Positions 35,638 through 47,532 of a DNA stretch of 64,000 nucleotides are shown in pieces. The translations under genes were made by a program, and so were the position numbers. The stretch is taken from NCBI GenBank assembly GCA_965112735.1, contig OZ218952.1:5642001-5706000 (forward strand), written 5' to 3'. The notes below the pieces were generated by a model. The model saw nothing but the letters and a program-made list of their open reading frames with translations. It searched no databases and was not told the origin of the DNA. Position 1 is the first letter of the stretch. Each line of letters opens with the position of its first letter. The stretch comes from Phaeosaccion multiseriatum. Lineage: Eukaryota > Protista > Ochrophyta, other classes.

Positions 35638-37881
35638 CTATGCACCAGTATCGAGCTCCTCCACTCTCTGAGCAAGCACTGCGTTGGTGTGTCGCGCAGC
35701 ATCAAGCTGCATGCTCTTCTCCGTTAACGCTGACTCAAGCCCGGCCACAACCCGCTCCAGCTCCTGCTGCTTCAATGCCATCGCTTCAGCCGAAGGTGAA
35801 TCACTAGCCTTCAGCTGGCCTTCAGTTTCGGTTTGAGGCTCCTCCACGCCAGCGGCAGACGAGGAGGAGGGCGGCAGGATGGCGTCTATGAAAGACGACG
35901 AGGAGGAGCGCTTCCCGCCCTTGCCGCCCTTACCACTTCCCTTTCCTCCTCCTCCCCCCTTGCCCCCGCTTCCCGTTTGACTGTTCCGTGCCGCCTCTTG
36001 GAGGGCTTTGATAGTCTCGCGGTGTTCCTCTAGCTCGTCGCGGGCCGCATCCCTTTCCGCTCTCACCACAGCTACCTGTGAGTATGTACGTACGTTCGTA
36101 AGTGGGTGGTGACGAGAGCCCAGACACACTGCTTCTGTTTCGAAACTTTTGAACTTTTCGCGTCTACGCCTTGTGCAGGGAGTGCCCAATGGTACGCAGT
36201 ACCTAATGGCAAAGAGGGCCTTCGAGGGGCTTCAAAAGCACCACACAAGAAATTACACCACTTCGCGGACAGCCACATGCCATGGGTCAACGCTACTCCT
36301 TACAAACCCATATAGTCACACTGTTCGTCCTGCCTCTACTCCACATGTCGACATACTCGACTCGACATGTCGACATGCTCCACTTCCCTACGTACCTGTA
36401 CGGACGCATTGTTGTCCGCCGCTTCCCGTTTGAGGTTGGCCGCCTTCTCCTTACCCAAGTCCTTGCGGAGAGAATCCACCCTGCAGCAACAGCAGTTGGT
36501 GATACAGCAGCCGGAGTAAGGGACAGAGGGACAGAGAGAGAAAGAGGGAGAGAGAGAGCGAGAAAGGAGTGATGAGCGTGTAGAGCGTGACGACAATAGC
36601 CCAAGACAGCCAAGCCCGGGGAGAGGAGTTCACATTAATGAGATACGCAACAGGCCACAACAGACAGGCAGCCGCGCCGCCCCGCACCTCCTAAGAAGTC
36701 AGTCAGCGAGTCAGGGAGTCAGTCAGTCAGTCAGTCAGTCAGTCAGTCAGTCAGTCAGTCAGTCAGTCAGTCGATCAGTGAGTGAGTGAGTGAGTTATTC
36801 AGTCACCAGTCAGCCAGTCAGTCAGCGAGTCAGTGCGTCAGTCAGTCAAACAGTCAGTCAGTCATCCCCCGCACCTCCTTGTGAGCGAGTTCTTCTGCGT
36901 GAGCAGCTCGTCCACTTGCTCCTTCAGCGCGAGGGCCTTCGCACTGCCGTGGTCGATCTGAGCTTTGGCCTCTCCCACTGCCTCAGATGCCCTCTTCTCG
37001 GCCAACATAAGCCTGTGTGTGCGTGTGAGTGTATGTATGTATGTATGTATGTATGTATGTATGTATGTATGTATGTATGTATGTATGTATGTATGTATGT
37101 ATGTATGCATGTATGTATGTATATATGTATGTATGCATGTATGTATGTATGTATGTATGTGTGTGTGTTTCAGTGGACGGGAGGTAGGATGGCAGTGGGT
37201 GGGGGTGGGTGGGGTGGGGTGGTTGTTGTGAGGTCAAGCGTGTCTCGTGGGGCCACCCTGGCAGGCATACAAGGCCACACACGGCTTGGGGTCGAGGCTG
37301 CGCTTCATATCACTCTACACCACACCACACCAGGCCGCACCACACCACACCACACCCCACAACACACCATGACACATCCCGCAAAGCTGACACCTGACAC
37401 CTGATATCTTACGCCTGACACCTGATACCTCACCTGTTCGTGAGCTCTTCCACAACCTTGGCGCGCTCCTCCGCCGCGGCTTTGAGCTCCTTGTGGTGTA
37501 CCTTACCAAGCTCCTCCAGTGCCAAAAGCTTCTCTTGCTGGGCAGCGGCCTCAGAGGCCAGCCTGACTTCGCTCTCCTCTCTGCGTGACGACGCCGCTTG
37601 TTTGACAGTGGCCAGCTCTTCTCTAAGCGCGTCTCCTTCGCTCTTGAGCGCGTCTCTCTCGCTCTCCTGCAGCCGCAAATGATTCGGATAGACGGGAAGA
37701 CGAATCACAAAATGTCAGATTAAGACTTCTCCTTCGGTGCGGTACCACGAAGCAAAAAAGCACCACCCCTTCCCTTCTCTTCTCTTCCCTTTCCCCCAGA
37801 ACAGCTACACGCCACCCCTTCCCTTCCCTTCTCTTCCCTTTCCCCCAGAACAGCTCGGCGTTTCCATCCCCCGTCCCTCGC

Positions 37882-37926
<45 letters not shown>

Positions 37927-40900
37927 GTCTGTCTTTCTCACTCACACTCACACTCACCGTCTTTTGTAGCCTCTCCGTCAAGTCGCGTACCTCCTCCGCC
38001 AGCTCCTCCTTCCTCTTCTCCTCCTGCTCAAGCCTCTCCGCGTCCTTCCTCCTTTCCACCCTTAGCGCGGCCACCTCCTCAATATGCTCGTTCTTGTGCT
38101 GCACCTCCCCCTTGAGCTGCGACTTTAACTCCTTCAGTCTGGCGTTGTACTCCATATCTGCCTGCTCCGTCTGCTTCATCAGCAGCTTGACTTGGGTCTC
38201 CACTTGTCTGTGGGGGTCGGGGTGGGGGCCCGGGCAGGCGGGGGGAGGGGCAGGGGGGTGAGGGTGGGGGCGCCGGGCGAGGTAAGTGTAACGGGAGTTG
38301 GAAGGTGCGGGCCATGGAAGGGAGAGGAAGAGAGATGCAGCAGAGGTGGCAGGCAGTGTGGAAGGCAGAGCGAATGGAGAGAGAGGGGGGGGGGGGGAGG
38401 GAGGAGACAGACAGAAGAGAGAGAGAGAGAGAGAGAGAGAAGGAGAGCCGATTGGGAGGGAGGGAGTTGGAGCGGTGCCACTCGCAGTCGGAACCCTTCC
38501 TTCCCTTCCCCTACCACCTTTACCCTACCCTACCTGTGCTTGACTTGCGCATCGTCCCTCTGCCGCTCGAGGTCTAGAGCGAGCTTCTGAGTCCTTTGCA
38601 ATGCAGACTTGGACTCCTCCCAGCTCGAAACCACGCTGGAGAGCGACATGAGGGCCGGGGAGAGGGGCGGAGAAGACGTCGTAGAGCCTCCCTTACCGTC
38701 CTCCTCGCTCTCCACCACACTGACGCGTCGGCGACGGCTGTACTCTTCTCGTGAAGACTGGCCCATCCCCAATGGCAGTCCTAGCAGTCCTAACCGTCCC
38801 AGCCCCGCCCCCTCCTCTCGTCCGAGGCTGCCGCGTGGCTTCTCCTCCCCAAAGAAAGAAGAAAGGCGCCTTGCTGCACCCGCGTGAGTCTCCTGCTGCT
38901 GTTCGGCGTCCGTGCCATTCTCCTCCCCCTCCCCCTCCGCCGCCGAGCGGGGCTGCGCAACACCTCCCTCTCCCTCCTCCTCTTCCTCCTTGTTGTGCGA
39001 ACTCCTTCTCTTCCCAAACTGCCCCACCGACTCCCTGCGATCGGGCTCTGGCCCAGACGTCGCATCACCGCCCCCCTCCGTCCCACCCTCCTCCTCCTCC
39101 TCCTCCTCCTCCTCCTCCTCCTCCTCCTCCTCCTCCTCCTCCTCCTCCTTCCTCTCCTCCTTCTCCTTCTCTGTCTCCTCCTCCTCCTCCTCCTCCTCGT
39201 GCTCTCGGCCGTTCCAAGTCCTCTGTGGGGAGCCAAACCAGTCCTCCTCTTGGAAGCCCCCGTTCCTCTTGCCTAGCCTGTCCGTCACAGAAGAAGGAGT
39301 GGAGCCTTCAGACTGCTGAGCACGCCCCCCCTTCTCTGCGCGTTCCTTCTTCCTGAGGAGGAGGTGCCTGCATTGGTCTTCGTCCACGACCACTCCCTCC
39401 CCAAGCGCCTGTACCACACACAGGACAGGGATAGACAGAGGGGATATCAGGACGAAGAGCGGGGGGCGGGGAGGCAAAAGCCGGAGAGAAGTGGCCACTT
39501 CGCGTCCAAGGAAAGTCGATCCAGCAAGGTGAAGACGAACACCAACACACCGCATTTCGATCAAGTCGGCTCGCCTCGCCATCCCATTCCGCCCTCTCCT
39601 CCGGCCTTCTGCGGGGAAGGAAAGCTCTCAAGCCATGCCATGCCACACCACAGCAGTTGGTGATACACCATAGCACACCACACACCCGTTGTCTCCACTT
39701 TCGGATGAGTAACACGATCATGTCCCTTGCGTCTGGCGACGCCGCGATACACTGTGAACGGTGGAGAGGGCAAGGTTAGAGGGGGGGTAGGTCGAGAGGT
39801 CCAGTGTAACGTCAGCAGGAGAAAGAACGACAGGACGAGGGCTGTTCGCAGGCACAGCCGTCGTTGGGCTGTTCGCAGGCACAGCCGTCGTTTCCTGGCC
39901 ATTGGTTTTACACCGCAGAGGCAAGCCTCTCGTCCCTTCGTCTGTTCGCTCAAGCCGACATCCTCCTCCTCCTCCTCCTCCTCCCCCAACTAAGCGTGTT
40001 CCTCTTGATTCCGTTCTGCCGCTCATATCCTACCCAACCCTACCCTACCTACGCTACCCTACCCACTCTACCCCGCCCTGTCCTACCCTACCCCACCCTG
40101 TCCTACTCTACTCTTCTCTCTCCTTCCTTCCTCTCTCCCATACCGTACCCTCCCCTCCCCTCCCCTCCCCTAACTTATCCTACCCTCCCCTAACCCACCC
40201 TACCTGGTACATCTGGTCCTTGGGGCTGGGTTCGTCTCCGTCGTCAAAGTGCACATCGAAGCGACATTGGTAGCCAACTGTGACCCTCAAGTGCGGAGAA
40301 TAAGACGCCCGCTTGAGCACCTCGCCCTTCCCTCCTTGGAGAGGCACTGAGGACTTTGATGGGGTCGAGATTTCAGTTTCGCTGCTACCCGCTTGTTGTG
40401 TGAAAGGAGTGACCCCTGCAAGAGAAGCAGGGGTTACCGGAGCAGGTGCCACATCGTCCCTCTCCACCTCTTCCCCGTCCTTCACCTTCTTCACCTCCAC
40501 CACCTCCTCCTCCCCCTCCTCCCCCTCCTCCTCCTCCTCCTCCTCCTCCCCGTCCGTCACCTCCTTCACCTCCTCCTCCTCCTCCTCCTCCTCCTCCTCC
40601 TCCTCCTCCTCCTCCTTCATGTCCTTCACCTCCTTCACCTCCTCCACCTCCTCCCCATCCCCGCCACCGCCACCACCACCACCACGAGCACTACCGGCGG
40701 CAGAAGCAGCAGAAGGGGGCGTCAAGGCAAAGGCAAACCCCATATCTGAGGCGGCCGAGGCGATCTTAATGATCTCAACCCCCTCCGTCTCAGACACCCG
40801 CAGCGTGTAATCGTATGTAACCCCCGCAGAAACCGAACCCGAGCCCGAGCCCGAGCCCCCCTGGGGAGCCGCCCCCGCGCCCAGCCCAAGCCTCCCGGGG

Positions 40901-43753
40901 GACAGCCGCGCCCCTGCCCCTGCCCCTGCACCTGATCTGCTCTCTTCCTTCCCCTGAGATCCCGTGTACACCACAGGGATGTCGATATCGCCGAAAAGCG
41001 CCACACGAGCCTTCTCGTACTTGGCCATCTCTGCCTCCACCGCGGGACTCACAGGCACGGGTCCAAACTCTGCAAAGCCCAAGCTGTCCGCCGCACCTTC
41101 CTCCTCCTCCTCGCTGTCGTCGTCCTCTCCGTCTCCATCTCCGTCTCTGTCTTGGTCCTCATCGTCGTCTTGGCTGTGCATCCACGTGCTCAGCCCTCTA
41201 TTCTGCGAGCCTACACCACCTGAGCCGCCACCTCCACCTGATGCTGCTACTGCCCGCCCCCCCCCTCCTGCCCCTCCTCCCGCCCCTCCTCCCCACCCGC
41301 TCGCGCCGCCTTCTCGGCTCGGCTCCTCCTCCTTCTTCTCGAGAACGACGCTTGTTTTGAGACAGATTCGACCCCCCACATCGTCCGCCGTCGGGATGTA
41401 ACACGCGCCGCTCACACCACTGAGGGCCTCGAAGGGCTTTCCCTCCCGGGCCCTCATCCACTCCATCTTGAGCAGGGGCGCATCGTCCCCTGCCCCGAGC
41501 AAGAAGCGGTGGCTGGAGCTCCTCGTCAGCCCTACACGACAGAGAGAGCGAGAGAGAGAGCGAGAGAGAGAGAGGGGGGAGGGGGGGGGATTGAGAGAGA
41601 ACAAAGAGGAGAGGGAGAGCGAGAAGGGAGCAGAGCAATGATAAGCGAGAGAGTCACCACCATGGGGGGTCTCTGCTCTGCGCGTCAACAGAGCTCGTGG
41701 GTACATATACACCTACCCTTACTCCACACCTGCCATCCAATATCCCCCATACCCCATGCCCATATACCTGTCCGCGCAACGAGAATGCCCTCCTCGAGCT
41801 CCAGAGTGATGTTCTGGAAAGATGCCCTGAGCTCCTTGCGGCGCCGCTGCCGAAGCCGTCGCTGCTCTCGGGCCTCCTCTAGGCTCTTCTGCTCACGATG
41901 CGAGGAGGGAGGGAGGGAGGGAGGGAGGGAAAGGAGGGAGGGGGGGAGAGAGGGGGGGGCGGATGGAGGGAGGAAGGGGAGCTTTTGTTATGTATGCAGG
42001 GGGTGAGGGGCGAGGGTGAGAGGGGAGCTTTGGTCATGTACACACACACGCACACACACACACACACGCACACTCACCTGCTCCTTCAGCCGCTGCTGCC
42101 TGCGTGTGGGGCTGAGCTCTGCGAGCCCGTTGAGGCCGTTACTCATCGCTGTGCTCACTCCCCCTGGTGCCTTGGTGAGCTCCTTCACCACCCCCTCCAG
42201 CCGGTCCTTCACAGAGAAGTTCCCTTCGCACCACGGCATAGTACCGCACAGAGTACAGAAGAGCACACATAGCACAGCATAGCAAAGGAAGAAGGGACGA
42301 CATGGCCGCTGTGAGGGGGGACTGGGGACCGACGCAACTCAGCTCTCTCTCTCGCGGTGTCTTTCTCGCGCCCTCTCTCTCGTTTTCTCTCTCTCTCTCG
42401 CTCTCTCTCAACCTCTTGTTCCTCGCTCGCTCTCGCTCTTACTCTCTCTCCCCATCCACACCAGCACACTCTTCCAAAGGGGATGGGTATGTCATCACAC
42501 AGCTCTCCCTTCTGTCTCTCTCTCTTTCCCTCTCTCTCTCTCCCTCACTCCCCACAATCACACTCACCCATTTCTCCAAAGGCTGGCCGCATGAAGCGCG
42601 ATGAAAAGTTCTTCCACCCTCCACCTCCCACTCCTCCTGAGCCGCCTGCCGAGATCCAGCACGCACGCGCACACACACACATATATAGAGCGGTTGAGGC
42701 GGTAAGGTCACATGACTGGGACAAGACGCGGAGGTACGCGCACTCTTCCTGTCCCCTATCTACCGTATCCAACAAGGCACCTTACCTGCTCTCTCCCCGT
42801 CCCCGGCTGCGGGCCCGTCCAAGCCGCTCAAGCTCAAGTTGACCCTTTGGAAGAGCCCTGCCGCGGTCTCCCCCCCGTCCGCAGCCGCCGCTGCAGCCGA
42901 GTCCGCCGTATTGCGCAGAGTCTCCACTGAGGAGTACGGTCAGGGTTGAGCAGGGCGATAGGGAGAGGGGTGGGCAGAGAGAGAGCAGACTGATGTCAGG
43001 CCAGCTCTAGAGCAGGGAAGTTGTGGCAACGAGGCGGCAAGGAAGGCCTCGCCTTCATCAGGACAGAACGACAGACACACACACACATAGACATGCTAGC
43101 CAACACAACAAGCAGGAGCTCGAACACGAGGCCTCTTGTCAGCCCCACCCCCATCTGAAAGCCCCCCCCCTCGCCTAATTGCTCTTGACAGAGCAAAATC
43201 TGTGGGGCCCACAGACGGACACCCCCACCCCCATCAACACCAACCTGCTGCAGAGCCGAGCTCTTCCAGGGCAGAAGTGAAGGAGGCGGAGTGGATGCGA
43301 GCTCTCGACGACAATGGAATAGGGGCAGCAGCAGCAGCAGCAGCAGCAGTACCAGGGGAGCTGCGTGATCGAGCCATAGCGGGAGGTGGGGCAGACGACA
43401 CTGACAACGGTTCCATACCAAGGGCAGCTGGAGGGTGGCGCAGGAGACACACACAGAGAGAGAGAGGCACATAGAGGAAAGAGAGCAGGCAGGCGCTGTC
43501 AATGAGAAAGCGCGCCGGGGTGGTTCTGGTGATGTGTCCCACCTTGAAAGGCGTCCTGAACGTCGGCGCCTAAGTCGTCGTCACCACTCTCCTCTCCTCT
43601 CTCGCCCTCCTCGCTGTCGCTGCCGTGCTCCCCATCTCCGTCGCCCTCCTCGCTTGAGACGCTTTCCTGGTCTTCGTCCTTCTCCCCCGCGGCGAGCAAG
43701 CAAATCTCATCGTCAGAGGTTACTGCACCGGGACGTGGAGAGGAGTCTTCCAT
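35638..43753 (-). CDS. large coiled-coil protein with an Ig-like (AIR9 A9/SCAB-type) plus PH-like module
   Basis: 13 exons: 43753-43543, 43427-43245, 42926-42786, 42206-42078, 41888-41768, 41531-40204, 39751-39686, 39408-38534, 38207-37958, 37666-37434, 37012-36875, 36480-36396, 36075-35638. EWMR..ALSGVSGACYIPTADDVGGRI (A9/Ig motif); AASPDARDMIVLLIR (PH C-terminal helix); long heptad coils. Confidence 0.78.
36697..37160. repeat. intronic (GTCA)n and (GTAT)n microsatellites flanking a 138-bp exon
   Basis: (AGTC)n at 36697-36862 and (GTAT)n at 37031-37160. Confidence 0.9.
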
Positions 43754-43794
43754 GAGAGAGGTAGAAGACAGAGACAGAGAGACAGAAGGGGAGG

Positions 43795-43832
<38 letters not shown>

Positions 43833-44189
43833 AGAGCGGAAAGATTGGTTGGATTTGTGGTGGATATCTCTCTATCTCCAGCTCGAACAGTGCATCCACA
43901 GGTCTGCCTCCTTGCGTTCAGTACATGAAGACAGACACGGAGAAGACAGGGAAGAACGAACGAACGACCCTTAAATAAAAAAAAGTGGAGAGAACGCGGG
44001 CATTGGCATTCAAACCAGATCCAAAAAACATCGAGGTGCTCGAGAATAAGTAGAGGCCAGAAAGGCAGGAGGGGGGCTACGGCCCAGAAGCCAGGAGCCA
44101 GAAAAAAAAAAAACTTAACTATAACTGGGGGCGACAGAGATATACAAATAGTTTCATTTAGTACACGAAAGACTCGGCCAACAGTCCTT

Positions 44190-45789
44190 CTACAGCACGA
44201 TTTGGCGGAAGGTGCAGTGGTCGCAGCTGGCCCAAAGGAACGTCACACCGCACACATTATCGCTGGCCTCGTCCACGCTGAACTGGACAGAGCGCTTGCA
44301 CGAGCCGCCATTGGACTCGCTGTGGCACGCGAACGCATCCGCCATCTGTATTCACATGCACAAGCATGCAGCGCAACAGGGGGTGTGGGGGGGGGGCGGG
44401 GGGGGCGAGGAAGGAGGCAGAGAGATAAGGAGCTGGTTAGACCCCGATCACTGCACCTAAGCCCAAACGCTGCCGTTGTCAAGCGCATCTCGCCCGGATA
44501 TATATGGCGGATTTGTCTCTCACCCTCTGCCCGTCAGACACCCTTGAGAGCACCGCTTCCTACCGCAGTGCCGCGCACCAATCGATGTTCCCGTGTGCAC
44601 AGGACAGGGACAACACACTCCCTCCCTCCTGTCCCTCCAGCCTGCACAGACCCCGCCCTCCCGAGCTTGAGGATGACCCCCTCTCGCCCCTACCCTCCCC
44701 CCGACTCTCCCCTCCAGCCCCCCCCCCCATGCGACTTACCATCTCTCTCAAGTGGACGAGCGTGAGCCCGTCAAAGCCCAAGTCGAGCTTCAAACCGCAC
44801 CGGCACAGAATACTGCTGAGGTGCTGCTTGAGCTCCCAGCGCTGGCACACAGGACACACCACTCTTTCCTCTTCCCCTCTCCCCCCCGCCTCCTGCTGCC
44901 GCAACTCGTCCTCCTCGAAGCTTTGAATGTCGCACTCCGTGGCCTCGTCTTCCAGAAGCTGAGAGGGAGGGAGGGAGGGAGGGAGGGAGGGAGGGAGGGA
45001 GGGAGGGAGGGAGGGAGGAAGGGAGGGGGAAGGCGAAGAAAGTGTCAACGCAAGCGTGCGTGCCTTTCCCCCATCCCAGTCCCCTTGGCCCTCCTAGCCC
45101 TAACCTTTCAGCCCCCCTCCCTCCCCTCCCAATCCTTCCCACCTTTTGCTGCTCGTACTCCGCGACATCGTCGCTGAGGGACTGCTCGAGGGCGAGGACA
45201 AGCTCGAGCCTGTCGTCCTCTGAAAGGAGCCAAATGTCGTCCTCCTCGTAGTAACCAACGTCATATTGGCCTTGCAGTCCCCCAAATTCATCCTCCTGCA
45301 CTCCCATGTCCTCTGCAGGAAGAGAGAGGGGGGGGAGGGGGGAGAAACACAGCTCAGCAAAAACACGAACGCCTCCTCACCGCGAGGAGGAACTTCTTTT
45401 CTGTCTCCACTGGCGTCACCACCACCAAAGGCAGAAGTGTCCTACCCTGTTCGCATCACCTTACCATCTTGCTGGTAGGCCTCCCTGTACTTTTGCTCTT
45501 CGAGCTCCTCCCCCATCAGGCCCTCCGCCTCCCCGTCTCCCACATCCCCCCCCCCGCCGCCCTCCCCTCGGCCGTCACTGTCGTCTGGTGGCCGAGGTGG
45601 AGGCGATCCGCTCAAGCCCCGTAGCTTCTGAAGCAGATTTCTTCTGTGCTTCTTGGAGTGGGCAAGGCAGCGTCTCCTCAACCCGTCCTTCTCCACCGCG
45701 CTCAGCTCTGTCTTTTGCTCCCCCTCTGTCTCTACGTCCCCACCAGACTTCCGGCGTCGCCACTCCGCCGACTTAACCCCCACCCTCAT
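44190..45789 (-). CDS. RPAIN: RPA-interacting protein
   Basis: Exons 45789-45465, 45312-45143, 44958-44740, 44345-44190. N-terminal LRRRCL..SKKHR.NLLQKLR, acidic middle, C-terminal Zn finger VCPVC...CRCG...H...C...CDHCTFRQIVL. Confidence 0.88.
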
Positions 45790-45910
45790 GTATCTACCAA
45801 CTCCTAGCGAGGGGGGGGGGGGATATCGGGGGGGGGAAATAAAAACCCCGAGAGAGATTTTGATTATTTTACTTTTAGGCAAGGTTGAGGGAATTTCCTC
45901 CCTCCACACA

Positions 45911-47242
45911 TTAGTGGTCCTCCTCCTGGGAGCAGAAGCAGGGGTGGCCGGACTCGTGAACGAAAGCGGTGATGGCCCTGCACAGCTCCGGCCGCCTGTT
46001 GAGGGGGCAGTTGTTCTGGCTCAGACCTCCCGCAAGACGCAGGGTCTCTGGGCAGCTCCACCGGTCCCACTCACACCGCACTGCCTCTGATCGGAGCCAC
46101 TTGAGGATGGGCAAATGGCCGTAATACACAGAGTTGAAGCACAGAGACAGGTCCCACCTGCACAGGTCACGCGCGTTGCTGTGCAGCCACTGGGCGGCGT
46201 GGAGCTGCCCGCCCTGCACGGCTTCCAACACGCCCCTGTCCCACCCCTGCCGGCCCCCCAGCTCTTCGATGTGCTCCTGCACCAGAGGGTGGCAGATAAG
46301 CCACTCCAGGACGGGCGTGTGTCCGTACCGACAGGCCTGTAGCCACACCGATGCGTCGAAGGGGGCGTTTACTTCCTCCGACAGAAGCCAACGCAGCTTC
46401 TCCAAATCGCCCACCGCCGCCGCCACTGCCGTCACGGAGGAGTCCCACTTACACTGCTCCTTCTCCTTCCCCTCCTCCCTCAGCCACTTGAGAATGATAA
46501 TCCCCTCCTTTGCGTTCCGAGCAGCTTGGGCGCACGTGCGTTCGTTCCAACAGCAGGCGGCCCCAGATGCCCGATTGCCCATCAAAGTCGCACTCGCCAT
46601 GTGGTAGACGGCCTTGTTTATCCACACATCACCCCATCGGGCCGCCGCTTCGAAGGTGCCTGGCGAGAAAACCATGCCATTTCTTGTGCTCCAGGAGATG
46701 CGGTCGATGCTCTCCACCACACTCTTCTGCGTCGTTCTGAGGGGAAAGTTGATCATATAGGCCTTCCTCCACTCCTTGCACACTTTCCCGATAAAAATGT
46801 ACTGGCCCCGGCCCACAAGCGGGATGATGAGGTGCCGAAACACCGCCTTCGTGGCCATCACCTTGTCGCAGGCTGAGGCGCGTCGGGGGGGGCAAGGCGG
46901 CGAGTTGTTGCTCTTGTCCTGAGGGGGTGGTGGCGGTTGTGTTGCTGCTGCTCCAGTTTGCCCACTCCGCCTGAGCAGAAGGAGATCCTTCTCTCTCAGC
47001 TGCCGCTTCTCCAGCTCGAGTCCCTCCAGCCTTCTCCAAAGCCTCTCCACTTCTGGTCCCTCCTGGCCACTCGCTTCAAGCTTCTGCTCTACCTCATCAA
47101 TCTTCCGAGCGGCCTTCTCGATCTCCTCCAATACCGTGCTCTGCGCCTGCACCTGCCGCGACTGCTGGTGCTTCGGCACAGGGTCTGGAGGAGGCACATT
47201 AGCTGCCACGCCCGCCATCCCCGCTGCAACATCTGCTTTCAT
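45911..47242 (-). CDS. ankyrin-repeat protein of the algal/giant-virus (WD..TC..AA..G.L..L.WL) type
   Basis: Single open exon. Coiled coil, then F-box-like GQYIFIGKVCKEWRKAY, then repeats WNERTCAQAA, WDSSVTAVAAAVGDLEKLRWL, GHLPILKWLRSE.RCEWD. Start uncertain; an upstream exon is possible. Confidence 0.85.
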   Translation of the reverse strand: MKADVAAGMAGVAANVPPPDPVPKHQQSRQVQAQSTVLEEIEKAARKIDEVEQKLEASGQEGPEVERLWRRLEGLELEKRQLREKDLLLLRRSGQTGAAATQPPPPPQDKSNNSPPCPPRRASACDKVMATKAVFRHLIIPLVGRGQYIFIGKVCKEWRKAYMINFPLRTTQKSVVESIDRISWSTRNGMVFSPGTFEAAARWGDVWINKAVYHMASATLMGNRASGAACCWNERTCAQAARNAKEGIIILKWLREEGKEKEQCKWDSSVTAVAAAVGDLEKLRWLLSEEVNAPFDASVWLQACRYGHTPVLEWLICHPLVQEHIEELGGRQGWDRGVLEAVQGGQLHAAQWLHSNARDLCRWDLSLCFNSVYYGHLPILKWLRSEAVRCEWDRWSCPETLRLAGGLSQNNCPLNRRPELCRAITAFVHESGHPCFCSQEEDH

Positions 47243-47532
47243 GCCTCTTTTGCTGCCCGCCTCTTGATCAAAATATTTAACTTTCGCGTACGTCCGCCTT
47301 TTGTCCTGCTGTGGAAAGAGCCGGCAGAGAGGAGAAGAGGGGGGGGGTTGGGAAGGAAGAGGAAGACGAAGAAGAGCCAAGGCAGCAAGGGGAGGAAGGA
47401 AGGGGGGGAATAGACTTCATCAAAATAGGGGAGCAGGCCAGTGAGCGAGATCGAAACAAAAAAACGAAAGTTGAAACTGAAACTGTTTTTTAACCCCGAC
47501 CCCTCCCTGATCTTTGGGGGGAATTACAAATC

